From Bdellovibrionaceae bacterium UBA2351 (GTDB lineage: Bacteria; Bdellovibrionota; Bdellovibrionia; Bdellovibrionales; Bdellovibrionaceae): a stretch of DNA of 64,000 bases. Both the position numbers and the translations under genes were made by a program. The notes beneath the pieces were generated by a model. The model was not told the origin of the DNA. It did not search any database and saw nothing but the letters and a program-made list of their open reading frames with translations. Positions 9,867 to 18,585 of this stretch are shown here, piece by piece (the first letter of the stretch is position 1; every line of letters starts with the position of its first letter). Where the stretch lies: assembly GCA_002344565.1 (NCBI GenBank), contig DDTZ01000055.1, forward strand, positions 10 to 64,009. Direction: 5' to 3'.

Positions 9867-10012
9867 GCGAAATAGATACTGCGAAGACTTTTGATTATCA
9901 ATCGGTGATCTGGGACGACGAAATCTTTTCAGTCGAAATAACGTCCAAATCGAATTAAACGTATTTGTAGAACTAATTTACAGGACCTGGGTCTAGTTTT
10001 TCTCATTATGAC

Positions 10013-10039
10013 TCAAGTATTTCCAGAGTGTCCCGATAT
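10013..10039 (+). promoter_or_regulatory. Sigma-28 (FliA)-type promoter candidate for flagellin gene 1
   Basis: TCAAGTAT-N11-CCCGATAT compared with consensus TAAAGTTT-N11-GCCGATAA (6/8 and 6/8), about 90 nt upstream of the ATG. Confidence 0.45.
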
Positions 10040-10090
10040 GAGATTAAGCAATAAAACACCCACAGGAATCATAAAGATTCCACATCACTC

Positions 10091-10144
10091 AAGGATCGAG
10101 AGATGTATAACTCATGGAGGAGGAATTATGGGATTACGTATTAA
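10091..10144 (+). promoter_or_regulatory. Flagellin-1 leader: upstream AAGGA motif plus a 13-codon uORF that covers the genuine SD and start codon
   Basis: AAGGA at 10091-10095. The uORF ATG at 10103 encodes MYNSWRRNYGITY with stop TAA at 10142-10144, in +1 frame over GGAGGAGG (10117-10124) and the fliC ATG at 10128. Confidence 0.35.
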
Positions 10145-10976
10145 TACAAATACGTCATCGTTAAATGCTCAAAGGGTGCTTTGGGGAACGAAGTTAGGAC
10201 TAGATAAGAGTATGGAAAAACTCGCTTCTGGTTACCGTATCAACAGAGCAGGGGATGACGCCGCAGGTTTGGCGATCTCTGAAAACTTAAGAGCACAAGT
10301 TAGAGGTCTTAAGCAAGCTACACGAAATGCCCAAGACGGTATCTCGTTAGTGCAGGTCGCGGAGGGCGCGATGAATGAAGTATCTTCGATACTTATTCGC
10401 TTAAGAGAGTTAGCGGTACAAGCCGCTTCAGACACGATCGGTCCAGTCGAGCGTCAGTTCCTAAATGTGGAATATGATCAGCTAGTATCCGAGGTCGACA
10501 GGGTTGCTGAAGGTACAGAGTTCAACGGAACTCAACTTTTAGCCGGTGTTGGCTCTATCTTGGATTTCCAAGTTGGAACAAGAAATAATCCAGAAATTGA
10601 CCGTATCTCATTCGACGCTTCGAAAGCCGATGCAAACTCAGCCGCGTTAGGTATCAACTTAACAAGCGTTGCCGATAAAGCATCCGCACAAAACGCCTTG
10701 TCATCAATCGATACCGCCATTGTGTCAGTATCAGCGATGCGAGCGGACTTCGGTGCGATCCAGAATCGTCTACAGTCAACGATCAGTAATCTTCAAGTTA
10801 ACGTAGAAAATATGTCTGCTGCGAATTCTCGTATCAGAGATGTGGATGTAGCTGAAGAAACATCTGAAATGACTAGAAATAATATTTTATTACAAGCGGG
10901 TACTTCTGTTTTAGCGCAAGCTAACTCACAGTCCAATGTAGCACTAGGACTCTTGAACAAATCATTCGGTGGCTAA
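10128..10976 (+). CDS. fliC: Flagellin (short, 282 aa, no hypervariable D2/D3 insert)
   Basis: MGLRINTNTSSLNAQ ... DDAAGLAISE ... C-terminal ANSRIRDVDVAEETSEMTRNNILLQAGTSVLAQAN. ATG 10128 is preceded by GGAGGAGG. The track's 40-aa N-terminal extension is rejected. Confidence 0.92.
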   Translation: MGLRINTNTSSLNAQRVLWGTKLGLDKSMEKLASGYRINRAGDDAAGLAISENLRAQVRGLKQATRNAQDGISLVQVAEGAMNEVSSILIRLRELAVQAASDTIGPVERQFLNVEYDQLVSEVDRVAEGTEFNGTQLLAGVGSILDFQVGTRNNPEIDRISFDASKADANSAALGINLTSVADKASAQNALSSIDTAIVSVSAMRADFGAIQNRLQSTISNLQVNVENMSAANSRIRDVDVAEETSEMTRNNILLQAGTSVLAQANSQSNVALGLLNKSFGG

Positions 10977-11095
10977 GAGTAATTCTTAGCTCCGTTATGA
11001 TCCAGGTTGTTCGATCTTGATTCTTTCAAGATCACCCTTCAAGAATTCAAAAGCACATGTAATTGATACTTGCTTTACTGATCTGTTTCCTGCGC

Positions 11096-11124
11096 GTGGA
11101 GCGCATTTGCGCTCCACATTTTTT
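11096..11124 (+). terminator. Rho-independent terminator downstream of flagellin 1
   Basis: GTGGAGCGC-ATTT-GCGCTCCAC followed by ATTTTTTG. Confidence 0.6.
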
Positions 11125-11321
11125 GAGTATCTGTTTCGAAAAACAGAGCATTTAAGCCCATTTAAGGCATTGCAAAAGCATATTTAATGGCAGCTATTGT
11201 CATTCCTAATGAAGTAATTCATATACTTTATCTTTCCCTATTTTTTTTGCATAAAACCATACTATTTCTTGCTATCGCTAAAGAGACGACTATATTTCCT
11301 CAGTATTGATCCGGGGGAACT

Positions 11322-13028
11322 ATGAAACGAATATCACTTTTCTTACTTCTAACTTTAATGGTTGAAATTGCATTCTCGCAGCAAGCAGCTTTAGGAAATG
11401 TAACACAATTCAATTTAGCGAATGATATTTTGCCTAAAATTAAGATTCAACAAGCTAAACCGGACGACGTATGGAGTGATGTTTCTGTCGACTTGAACTG
11501 GTTGTTGGGCGGAATCAATTCAAAAGCCTGTGCCAGTTCTCAAAAAACATACTTAGGTTGTGTGATGGCTGTTCAAGCGTTTGCGGGTGCTTTGAATAAA
11601 AACTATGAAGTGATTCCGATAGATTTACTAGATAAACAGGTTCCATTTTACAAGGGGGATCGTTTAGCGCTGGTTGAAATGCCAGTTCCTACAATTACGT
11701 CAGCAAAACAGGCTTACAGCTATTTTGAACAAATGCGTAAGCAGTTAACCAGTCGTTTCTTTTCTTCTTCCTCAGCGTTTATGCGAAATCCAAATACAGA
11801 CTTTGAGTTAATGCTTACGGAAGTATACAAACGGGCTGGTCAAAATATTAAACCTTCATTTTACGTTGCGGCCGCGACTAAATTTTTCGAAATGGCCCGC
11901 GATCCTCATACGTCAATGAGGCCAACTAAAGAACTTCAATTGGTAAGCAATGAAAATGGCGCTTCGTTTGTTGGTCTCGGTATCGAATTCGTAAAGCTAG
12001 AACAAGGTTTAATGGTTAAACGAGTTCTAAAAGGCTCAGGCTCGGCCGCTGCGGGCGTGCTGGTCGGTGATGTGGTTATGGCCGTAGACGGTAAAGCGTT
12101 GAAAGGTTTAACGGATGAAGACGTGGTCGCGCTTATGCGTGGTGTGGAAAATACATCGGTTAAATTGACTGTTCAGAGAGGAGCGGCTTCTCAGGACCTG
12201 ACCGTTGTACGTAAGAAAGTGGTCAATCCTGTCGTTAGTTCTGAAAGCGTTAACTTTAACAGTAAGATGATGGTGTATATTCGGCTGACTAACTTTATGT
12301 ATTCAAATATATGCGATGAAATGGCAGATATTGTTTCGGCTTGGGATAAACAAAATATTTCGGGATTTATCTTAGATCTTAGAAGCAATCCTGGTGGAAA
12401 CGTAATGATCGCCTCATGTGTAGGCGGTATGTTCTTAGGGAACAATAAAGTGATTTCATATTTTGAAAACCGTTCGTTTTTTGGCTCTAAGTATGATGCT
12501 TTACCCACGCAAGCCAAAGCGACGACAACTAAGCCACTGAGTGTTTTGATCAACGCATTTTCCGCAAGTGCGTCTGAACTTGTGGCCGGTGCCATTCGTG
12601 ATTATAGTCGTGGGTACGTAGTAGGCCAAACCAGCTTTGGTAAAGGGTCTTACCAGGGCTGTCAACCGTTGCAAAATCAAAACGAACTAACCGTGTGCTC
12701 TACTCAAGGATTGTTCTTTGCTCCGTCTGGAAACTCTAACCAAACCGTTGGTGTCGAGCCACATATCTCTGTATACGTGAACAAAGATGCTCAAGAAGGG
12801 GAAACATATGCAATGAGAGAAGCGCAAATGTATTTGTTCCCTTTAGATCCGAAGAAAATGCCAAATGCTCCCGCAGGAAACTGGAACCAATTAAAAGCGC
12901 CTAAACTGTGTTTACAAAATTTGAAATTGGACGCCGTTTATGATCAAGCTCAATCGACGTCTCTGTTCTATAAAGATTATCAATTGCTAAACGGGCTAGC
13001 TGCGGTAAACTGTTGGGGAGCTAACTAA
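11322..13028 (+). CDS. S41-family C-terminal processing (tail-specific) peptidase with PDZ domain
   Basis: Signal peptide; PDZ-like GLGIEFVKLEQGLMVKRVLKGSGSAAAGVLVGDVVMAVDG; catalytic region LINAFSASASELVAGAIRD ... GQTSFGKGSYQ. Confidence 0.8.
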   Translation: MKRISLFLLLTLMVEIAFSQQAALGNVTQFNLANDILPKIKIQQAKPDDVWSDVSVDLNWLLGGINSKACASSQKTYLGCVMAVQAFAGALNKNYEVIPIDLLDKQVPFYKGDRLALVEMPVPTITSAKQAYSYFEQMRKQLTSRFFSSSSAFMRNPNTDFELMLTEVYKRAGQNIKPSFYVAAATKFFEMARDPHTSMRPTKELQLVSNENGASFVGLGIEFVKLEQGLMVKRVLKGSGSAAAGVLVGDVVMAVDGKALKGLTDEDVVALMRGVENTSVKLTVQRGAASQDLTVVRKKVVNPVVSSESVNFNSKMMVYIRLTNFMYSNICDEMADIVSAWDKQNISGFILDLRSNPGGNVMIASCVGGMFLGNNKVISYFENRSFFGSKYDALPTQAKATTTKPLSVLINAFSASASELVAGAIRDYSRGYVVGQTSFGKGSYQGCQPLQNQNELTVCSTQGLFFAPSGNSNQTVGVEPHISVYVNKDAQEGETYAMREAQMYLFPLDPKKMPNAPAGNWNQLKAPKLCLQNLKLDAVYDQAQSTSLFYKDYQLLNGLAAVNCWGAN

Positions 13029-13062
13029 AACCGCTCGGTGGTACAGCTGTGATGATCTAAAG

Positions 13063-14433
13063 CTATATCTCTTTTCTTTGTTCTAAAGAGTAAGAAAAAA
13101 TCTTTTTAACGCTTTGAAAGCATTCTTCGATATGAGCGTCAAAAGTTGAGAGGTTATTTAATATACTGCCTGTGTTTTGATTGATGACATGCAGACTGTC
13201 TCTTAGAATTTCGGAAAATTTTTTCATCGTATCGATCGAGTGTTTGAAGTCTACCTCCTGAGAGGTAATTCGGGCAGACTCGATGTAGCCTATTTGACTA
13301 ACCAGTTCGATTCCGTTTACCAGTTTGCGTGTATCTTTGTTTAGTTCTCCGAACTTTTCTATCAGTTTGAATGTTTCTAAGCGTGTGGCCGAGAACGTGT
13401 TGGTCAGCGCCCTGGCTAAACTTGTAAAAGTATTAGATATCTCAGAAAGGTCATTAATTCTTTTTTGGCTTTCTTCAGGATTAGTGGCATGGAGAGTTTC
13501 TTGTACAAAAAAATCAACCATATCAGTTAAGAGCTTTAAGGCACAGATCTGCTTTGTAAATATCAAATTAGCTTCGTCAATTTTTTTTGCATCAATTTCA
13601 AACTGTCCTAAATGTTCACTCACGTTTGAAACCAACGCATTGAAGTTCTGTGCGATAACCGAAAGGGATCGACCTTGTTCGCCAATCTTTGAAGAAAAGA
13701 CTTGGATATTCAAAGACAATAGTTGAAAATCGTAAAATTTTTCGTTTAACGACTTTGTTTGCCCTGAAAAAATGGAATTGCTTTTTTCGAGCTCGGAAAT
13801 TCTTATGAAAATTTCTTCAGTATATTTAGAGGCCGCCTTGGATTCGGCGGAAATCATTCGAAGCAGTTCGTTAGTGAGCGCTTGCTCAGATTCATGCGCG
13901 TGTATTTTTTTTAATTCATTATCACGAGCGACGATTTCGGCTAGCAATGCTTTCACCGAAAACTCTTCATAGCTTTTAAACCCAAGCGTTTTTAAAAGTG
14001 TGTCTAAAAAATTTCGCGCGGCCTCAACTCCGTCTTTTTTTTCGACTTCTAAAAGTTGCTTGTAGGCATCTTCAATGATGTCACGGTATCTGGAGGTCGG
14101 CTTTAATCGGACCGAAAGGTATCGATCGCCAACTGGAAAAACGACCGCCATCACCCAGTAAAAAGACCCATCCTTAGCCATGTTTTTTACATAGGCAGCA
14201 ATGATTTTTCCACTTTGAATTGTTTCCCATAAAATTTTAAAAACTAATTTTGGCATGTCTGGATGACGTATGATGTTGTGAGGCGCTCCGACGAGCTCTT
14301 CTTTTGTATATCCACTTATATTAACAAAGACGTCATTACCGAATTCAATGCGCCCCTTTTCATTAGTGGTCGAGAAAAATAGCTCTTTGATGTTGAATTT
14401 GCGTTCCTGCTGGAGTGGTACGGTATTTTTCAT
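13063..14433 (-). CDS. Soluble Aer-like PAS-domain chemoreceptor with a degenerate MCP signalling hairpin
   Basis: The N-terminal PAS domain resembles E. coli Aer (ISGYTKEELVGAPHNIIRHPDMPKLVFKILW ... KDGSFYWV). No TM segment. The C-terminal helical region has GEQGRSLSVIAQNFNALVSNV where MCPs have EQGRGFAVVAxEVRxLA. Confidence 0.6.
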   Translation of the reverse strand: MKNTVPLQQERKFNIKELFFSTTNEKGRIEFGNDVFVNISGYTKEELVGAPHNIIRHPDMPKLVFKILWETIQSGKIIAAYVKNMAKDGSFYWVMAVVFPVGDRYLSVRLKPTSRYRDIIEDAYKQLLEVEKKDGVEAARNFLDTLLKTLGFKSYEEFSVKALLAEIVARDNELKKIHAHESEQALTNELLRMISAESKAASKYTEEIFIRISELEKSNSIFSGQTKSLNEKFYDFQLLSLNIQVFSSKIGEQGRSLSVIAQNFNALVSNVSEHLGQFEIDAKKIDEANLIFTKQICALKLLTDMVDFFVQETLHATNPEESQKRINDLSEISNTFTSLARALTNTFSATRLETFKLIEKFGELNKDTRKLVNGIELVSQIGYIESARITSQEVDFKHSIDTMKKFSEILRDSLHVINQNTGSILNNLSTFDAHIEECFQSVKKIFSYSLEQRKEI

Positions 14434-14440
14434 AGTTCTA

Positions 14441-14466
14441 TTATCGGTTTAATGGGTAAAGCTTTA
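14441..14466 (-). promoter_or_regulatory. Sigma-28-type promoter immediately upstream of the PAS-MCP start codon
   Basis: The reverse strand reads TAAAGCTT-N10-ACCGATAA. The -10 element ends 7 nt before the ATG at 14433. Confidence 0.5.
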
Positions 14467-14586
14467 AATATACCCCAATATCTCCAAAATAGATGAAAAC
14501 TAGACTTAAGAACATCAAAACTGTTCCGAATTAATACGTATCAAAATAAGAACAGAAAGTTCTTTTAGCCAATGGATGGCAAATAT

Positions 14587-14619
14587 CAAGGAGGATTATC
14601 GGTATGCAAGGAGGATGAT
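14587..14619 (+). promoter_or_regulatory. Flagellin-2 leader: exact duplicated CAAGGAGGAT motif and a 4-codon uORF containing the genuine SD
   Basis: CAAGGAGGAT occurs at 14587-14596 and 14607-14616. The uORF is ATG 14604 CAA GGA GGA TGA (stop 14616-14618), ending 1 nt before the fliC ATG at 14620. Confidence 0.4.
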
Positions 14620-15453
14620 ATGGGTTTAAGAATTAATACAAATGTGGCTGCATTAAATGCACAGAAAAATTTGTATACGACTGGAATTAATCAAAACCGG
14701 TCTATGGCAAGACTCGCTTCGGGTCAAAGAATCAATCAAGCCGCAGACGACGCTGCTGGTTTAGCAATCTCTGAGAATTTGAAAGCTCAAATTCGAGGAT
14801 TACGCCAAGCTAACAGAAACGCGAATGACGGTATTTCACTAGTGCAAATCGCTGAAGGCAGTTTGAACGAAGTTTCAAACATGATTATTCGTCTTCGCGA
14901 GTTGGGTGTACAAGCGGCATCTGACACTATTGGCGACACTGAAAGAAAGTTTTTGGATGTTGAATATCAACAGCTAAAATCCGAGATTCAGAGGGTAACG
15001 GAATCTACACAGTACAATGGATATGATCTGTTGAATGGTACTGGTGGAGTTATTGATATCCAAGTCGGTGTGAATAATGATCCTTTTAAAGATAGAATTT
15101 CATTTAATGCAGGTGCTGCAAATTCAACATTAGAAGCACTAGGTATTGTAAGCGAATCTTTGGAAACGAAAGAAAGCGCGCAGGTCAGTTTATCAAGTCT
15201 AGATAGTGCCTTGATATCTGTGAATGCGATCAGAGCTAACTTCGGCGCCATGCAGAACCGATTACAATCAACGTCTAATAACTTGTTAGTGTACGATGAG
15301 AACATGTCGGCAGCTAATTCTCGAATTAGAGATGCGGATGTGGCTTCAGAAAGTGCAGAGATGGTTAGAAATAACATTCTGATGCAGGCTGGAACATCTG
15401 TACTAGGACAAGCGAATCAGATGAATCAATTAGCACTTAAATTATTGGGCTAG
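14620..15453 (+). CDS. fliC: Flagellin (short, 277 aa)
   Basis: MGLRINTNVAALNAQ ... DDAAGLAISENL ... ANSRIRDADVASESAEMVRNNILMQAGTSVLGQAN, with an SD directly upstream. Confidence 0.92.
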   Translation: MGLRINTNVAALNAQKNLYTTGINQNRSMARLASGQRINQAADDAAGLAISENLKAQIRGLRQANRNANDGISLVQIAEGSLNEVSNMIIRLRELGVQAASDTIGDTERKFLDVEYQQLKSEIQRVTESTQYNGYDLLNGTGGVIDIQVGVNNDPFKDRISFNAGAANSTLEALGIVSESLETKESAQVSLSSLDSALISVNAIRANFGAMQNRLQSTSNNLLVYDENMSAANSRIRDADVASESAEMVRNNILMQAGTSVLGQANQMNQLALKLLG

Positions 15454-15464
15454 TTGGAAAATAA

Positions 15465-15498
15465 AAAGGCTCCTGAATAGGGAGCCTTTAATTTTTTT
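15465..15498 (+). terminator. Rho-independent terminator after flagellin 2 (between convergent genes)
   Basis: AAAGGCTCC-loop-GGAGCCTTT followed by AATTTTTTT. Confidence 0.7.
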
Positions 15499-15516
15499 GT
15501 ATTTAGGACTCTAAAA

Positions 15517-16065
15517 CTAGAAGCCGAATCCTAGGACTACATAAGGAATAGTAGTACTGTAAGTAGTAGATTCGAAGCTGCTCGAAAGGGTTGTATTCTC
15601 TGTGTACTTTAAACTTCTGATGGCAACTTTTGTTCCCAGATAGAAACTGCTTGAAAGAAATTGTCTCCAACCTAAATCAATTTGATAACCAGATCCTTTT
15701 TTATATTCACCATCCGTTGCGCTAAGAATATAAGTTGCGATAAGACTAAAACCATTATCTGCAATCGCCCCGACACTCACACCCATTGCGCTTCCGGTTG
15801 TCGTGATTGTATCTTTTGCGCTTTGTGTAGAGTATAGAACACCTAAGTACAGACCAGAACTCATTAAGCTACCAAAGGATACGTCGTAGATACTAGTTGA
15901 TGACTCAGCACTTGCGGTCACGCCGCCGCTCACTGTTTCTGCTTTTGAGCTAATATGAGAAAAATCGATACCCAAAAGCCAACCGCCCCCACCGCCTTTT
16001 GCGTAGGCGCTATTCACTGGTGCCAGAGCAAGAGCCAAAACTATAACTGCAAAAATTTTTTTCAT
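15517..16065 (-). CDS. Small outer-membrane beta-barrel protein (unknown function)
   Basis: Signal peptide MKKIFAVIVLALALAPVNSAYA, alternating beta-strand pattern, C-terminal ...VVLGFGF (terminal Phe), and an AGGAGG SD. Confidence 0.55.
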   Translation of the reverse strand: MKKIFAVIVLALALAPVNSAYAKGGGGGWLLGIDFSHISSKAETVSGGVTASAESSTSIYDVSFGSLMSSGLYLGVLYSTQSAKDTITTTGSAMGVSVGAIADNGFSLIATYILSATDGEYKKGSGYQIDLGWRQFLSSSFYLGTKVAIRSLKYTENTTLSSSFESTTYSTTIPYVVLGFGF

Positions 16066-16276
16066 GCGTTCCTCCTTAAAGAAAAGCCGATTGAGACCAA
16101 ACCTAAGGTTATTTTAAACCCACAAGTGTTCGAATTGAAGCAAATTTGTTTAGTCTCAAGAAATGAGATGATCGGCTGGGTGATATTCCCCACAGGCCTG
16201 AAGTCCTGTGGGGAAATAGACGCAAAAATATAAAAGGTCGAGTGACCTAAAAACACCAGTGTTTTAATTTAGGAAT

Positions 16277-16801
16277 CTATTTAGAGCTATTTATAAATCC
16301 AGAGGAAACTAAACATTGAAGCATTTCGTGGGCTGAAGAAACCATATCTTCAAGTTCACCCATTTTTTCAGGGCAGATATCCAAATTTTCTTTCGAGGTC
16401 TTGAGAAGTGCATTGAGTTCGTTTTGTTTACTTTTGATTTCTTCCAATAGCTTTTTTTCGCGTGCAATTAAAACTTGAGAAATAACGTAAATCAGATCCG
16501 GATGAGATTGATATAATGTTTTTCGCCGAGAACCTTGGCCGGCAACTTGAATCACTTCAAAATCGAGTAGATCTTTAATTGCTAAACTAACAAGCGCTTT
16601 AGAAACTCGTAGGCGTTTTACCAGTGTGGTCGCATCGACGGGTTCTCGAGATAAAAAAATCGTAGTCCAAATTTGCCCATGTATCTTTTTGAATCCCCAA
16701 TACTGGATAAAGTCGCCAATTAAGGCGCACAGATCAGCCATCGGCTTGGGTACGCGGTGGTTTTCGTGGACTAAAACTCCATTATGATATCTATGGGGCA
16801 T
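16277..16801 (-). CDS. GbsR/MarR-like winged-helix transcriptional regulator
   Basis: WGFKKIHGQIWTTIFLSREPVDATTLVKRLRVSKALVSLAIKDLLDFEVI resembles the COG1510/GbsR family. The real start may be the internal MADLCAL at 16741. Confidence 0.55.
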   Translation of the reverse strand: MPHRYHNGVLVHENHRVPKPMADLCALIGDFIQYWGFKKIHGQIWTTIFLSREPVDATTLVKRLRVSKALVSLAIKDLLDFEVIQVAGQGSRRKTLYQSHPDLIYVISQVLIAREKKLLEEIKSKQNELNALLKTSKENLDICPEKMGELEDMVSSAHEMLQCLVSSGFINSSK

Positions 16802-16908
16802 ATTTCTACTATAGCGATTCGTAATATAAACTCAAACTGTTCGCACAAAAAAGTAATTTTTTCTGCAAAATCACAGGAGAAAGTACAAGTACATGACCAC
16901 CTACGGAA

Positions 16909-18585
16909 CTAGGGCTTTTTAATATAATTATAAAAACCGATAAGTCCCAGAAGAGTGGCCAAAACAAACATCACAAAGCTCATCGTCGGAATCCCCAGGA
17001 CAAAGTCGCCATCATGCTTAGCCGCATAAATATGGGATGCGCTGAATATCAACGAAGCCGTGATGATACCTAAGAAGAGTAGATTAAACGACGATTCGAA
17101 CGATTTTTTGAGGTCATGAAGTTCACTCAATTGAAACTTAAAGTGATGTTCTGGACTATTAAGTTTCTTAATTAGAAAGTGTAGCTGACGGGGCAAATTA
17201 TTAATGAAATTTTTTGATTCACGAGCCATTTGCCCTAGGTCATGAGCAATCTTATCTGGGCTCATTTGATGTTGAATCAGCTCGCCGGCAAATTCTATCG
17301 AGTATTGTAAGAAATCGAATTCTTTTAGAATCTTTCGACCCATGCCCTCGATCGAGACTATCGATTTAAAGAACATCATGAGTTCGGATGGGACAACAAG
17401 CTTGTTTTTAGAAGCGATTCCCGCCGAACTCATAAGTAACTTGCCCAAGTTTACATTCTTTAGCGTCAAACCATAGTACGGTGCGATCAACTCACGTAGT
17501 TCTTTGGCGAAGACATCGATATTCACTTGATCAGTAAAAGGGGCTAAATCTACGTACTCATAAGCTAAACGGTCATAGTCTTCTTTAGAAAGGGCGTATA
17601 GCATGTTTGCAATTGAACTTTGGGTTTTGGAATTAAGCCGACCAACAACTCCGAAATCGATTAAACCTATCGAGTTTCCAGAAAACACAAAAAAGTTTCC
17701 AGCATGTAGATCTCCGTGAAAAAGCCCATCAAAGAAGACCATTTTTAAATAGGCCCGTAAGCCTTTTTTTATAATTTCGTGTGAATCGACATTGGGTTGA
17801 TTCAAAGCACCGTCATCAGATAATGGAATTCCTTTCAGCTTTTCCATTACGAGTACACGCTCAGTGGTTAGATCCTGATAAACTTTCGGAATGATAATGT
17901 CGGGTTGGGCCTGAAAATTAACTGTAAAGCGACGAATATTGTTGGTTTCTACGATAAAATTAGTCTCTAATTCTAAAGTTTTAAAGTATTCATCTACGAT
18001 CGCTTTTGGATTGAAGGCGCGAGATTCGGGTACGTATTTAGTCAGTAAATCCGCTATGAAATACAGAACGCCAAGGTCATCATTAATAACGTCAATAATT
18101 CCAGGTCGTTGTATTTTCAATACGACTTCTTCACCCGTTTTCATTTTAGCTTGATGAACTTGAGCAATACTGGCTGAACCAATGGGGTTCGGATCGATGC
18201 TTTCAAATAATTCGAGCTGAGGTCCTAACTCATGTCTTAAAACACCTTGAATCACATCAAATGGCAACGGTTGGACGTTTCCGTGGAGTTTTGAAAATTC
18301 AACAACATAGTCTTCCGGAACTAAATCGGGACGAGTTGCAAGGAGTTGGCCGAGCTTAACAAAGGTTGGCCCTAGTTCTTCAAAGGACATGCGAATACGT
18401 TCAGCCGTCGAAAAATTTTCATAATTCGACGACATGAAACGCTCGATTAAGTACTGTCCTAGGTTGATCTGCTCGGCTACTTTGTAGAAGCCGTGCTTAG
18501 CGAATACCCCGACGATGGTTCTTAACCTGGCCGCGTTTTTTAGAGTTTTTCCTAGAGGATTCAGCCTTTGTCCCAGACCCGCCAC
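16909..18585 (-). CDS. ubiB: ABC1/UbiB-family atypical kinase
   Basis: ELGPTFVKLGQLLATRPDLVPEDY, GSASIAQVHQA, VLKIQRPG, HGDLHAGNF and two C-terminal TM helices. Start re-picked to GTG 18585, which has AAGGAG (18598-18593) 7 nt upstream. The track start at 18717 is rejected. Confidence 0.8.
   Translation of the reverse strand: MAGLGQRLNPLGKTLKNAARLRTIVGVFAKHGFYKVAEQINLGQYLIERFMSSNYENFSTAERIRMSFEELGPTFVKLGQLLATRPDLVPEDYVVEFSKLHGNVQPLPFDVIQGVLRHELGPQLELFESIDPNPIGSASIAQVHQAKMKTGEEVVLKIQRPGIIDVINDDLGVLYFIADLLTKYVPESRAFNPKAIVDEYFKTLELETNFIVETNNIRRFTVNFQAQPDIIIPKVYQDLTTERVLVMEKLKGIPLSDDGALNQPNVDSHEIIKKGLRAYLKMVFFDGLFHGDLHAGNFFVFSGNSIGLIDFGVVGRLNSKTQSSIANMLYALSKEDYDRLAYEYVDLAPFTDQVNIDVFAKELRELIAPYYGLTLKNVNLGKLLMSSAGIASKNKLVVPSELMMFFKSIVSIEGMGRKILKEFDFLQYSIEFAGELIQHQMSPDKIAHDLGQMARESKNFINNLPRQLHFLIKKLNSPEHHFKFQLSELHDLKKSFESSFNLLFLGIITASLIFSASHIYAAKHDGDFVLGIPTMSFVMFVLATLLGLIGFYNYIKKP

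Noticed and set aside
10008-10127. The ORF track extends both flagellins N-terminally (10008 for gene 1; 14572 for gene 2).
   Set aside because: Flagellins start at the conserved MGLRINTN. Both internal ATGs (10128, 14620) have strong GGAGG motifs directly upstream, and the extensions have no flagellin homology.
14506-14532. Sigma-28-like promoter for flagellin 2 (TTAAGAAC-N11-TCCGAATT).
   Set aside because: Only about 4/8 + 4/8 match to consensus, too weak to call as a feature. The real promoter of this gene remains unidentified.
14596-14603. ACCGATAA on the minus strand inside the flagellin-2 leader.
   Set aside because: No TAAA-type -35 element at the correct spacing, and no gene downstream in that orientation within reach. 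It is probably fortuitous.
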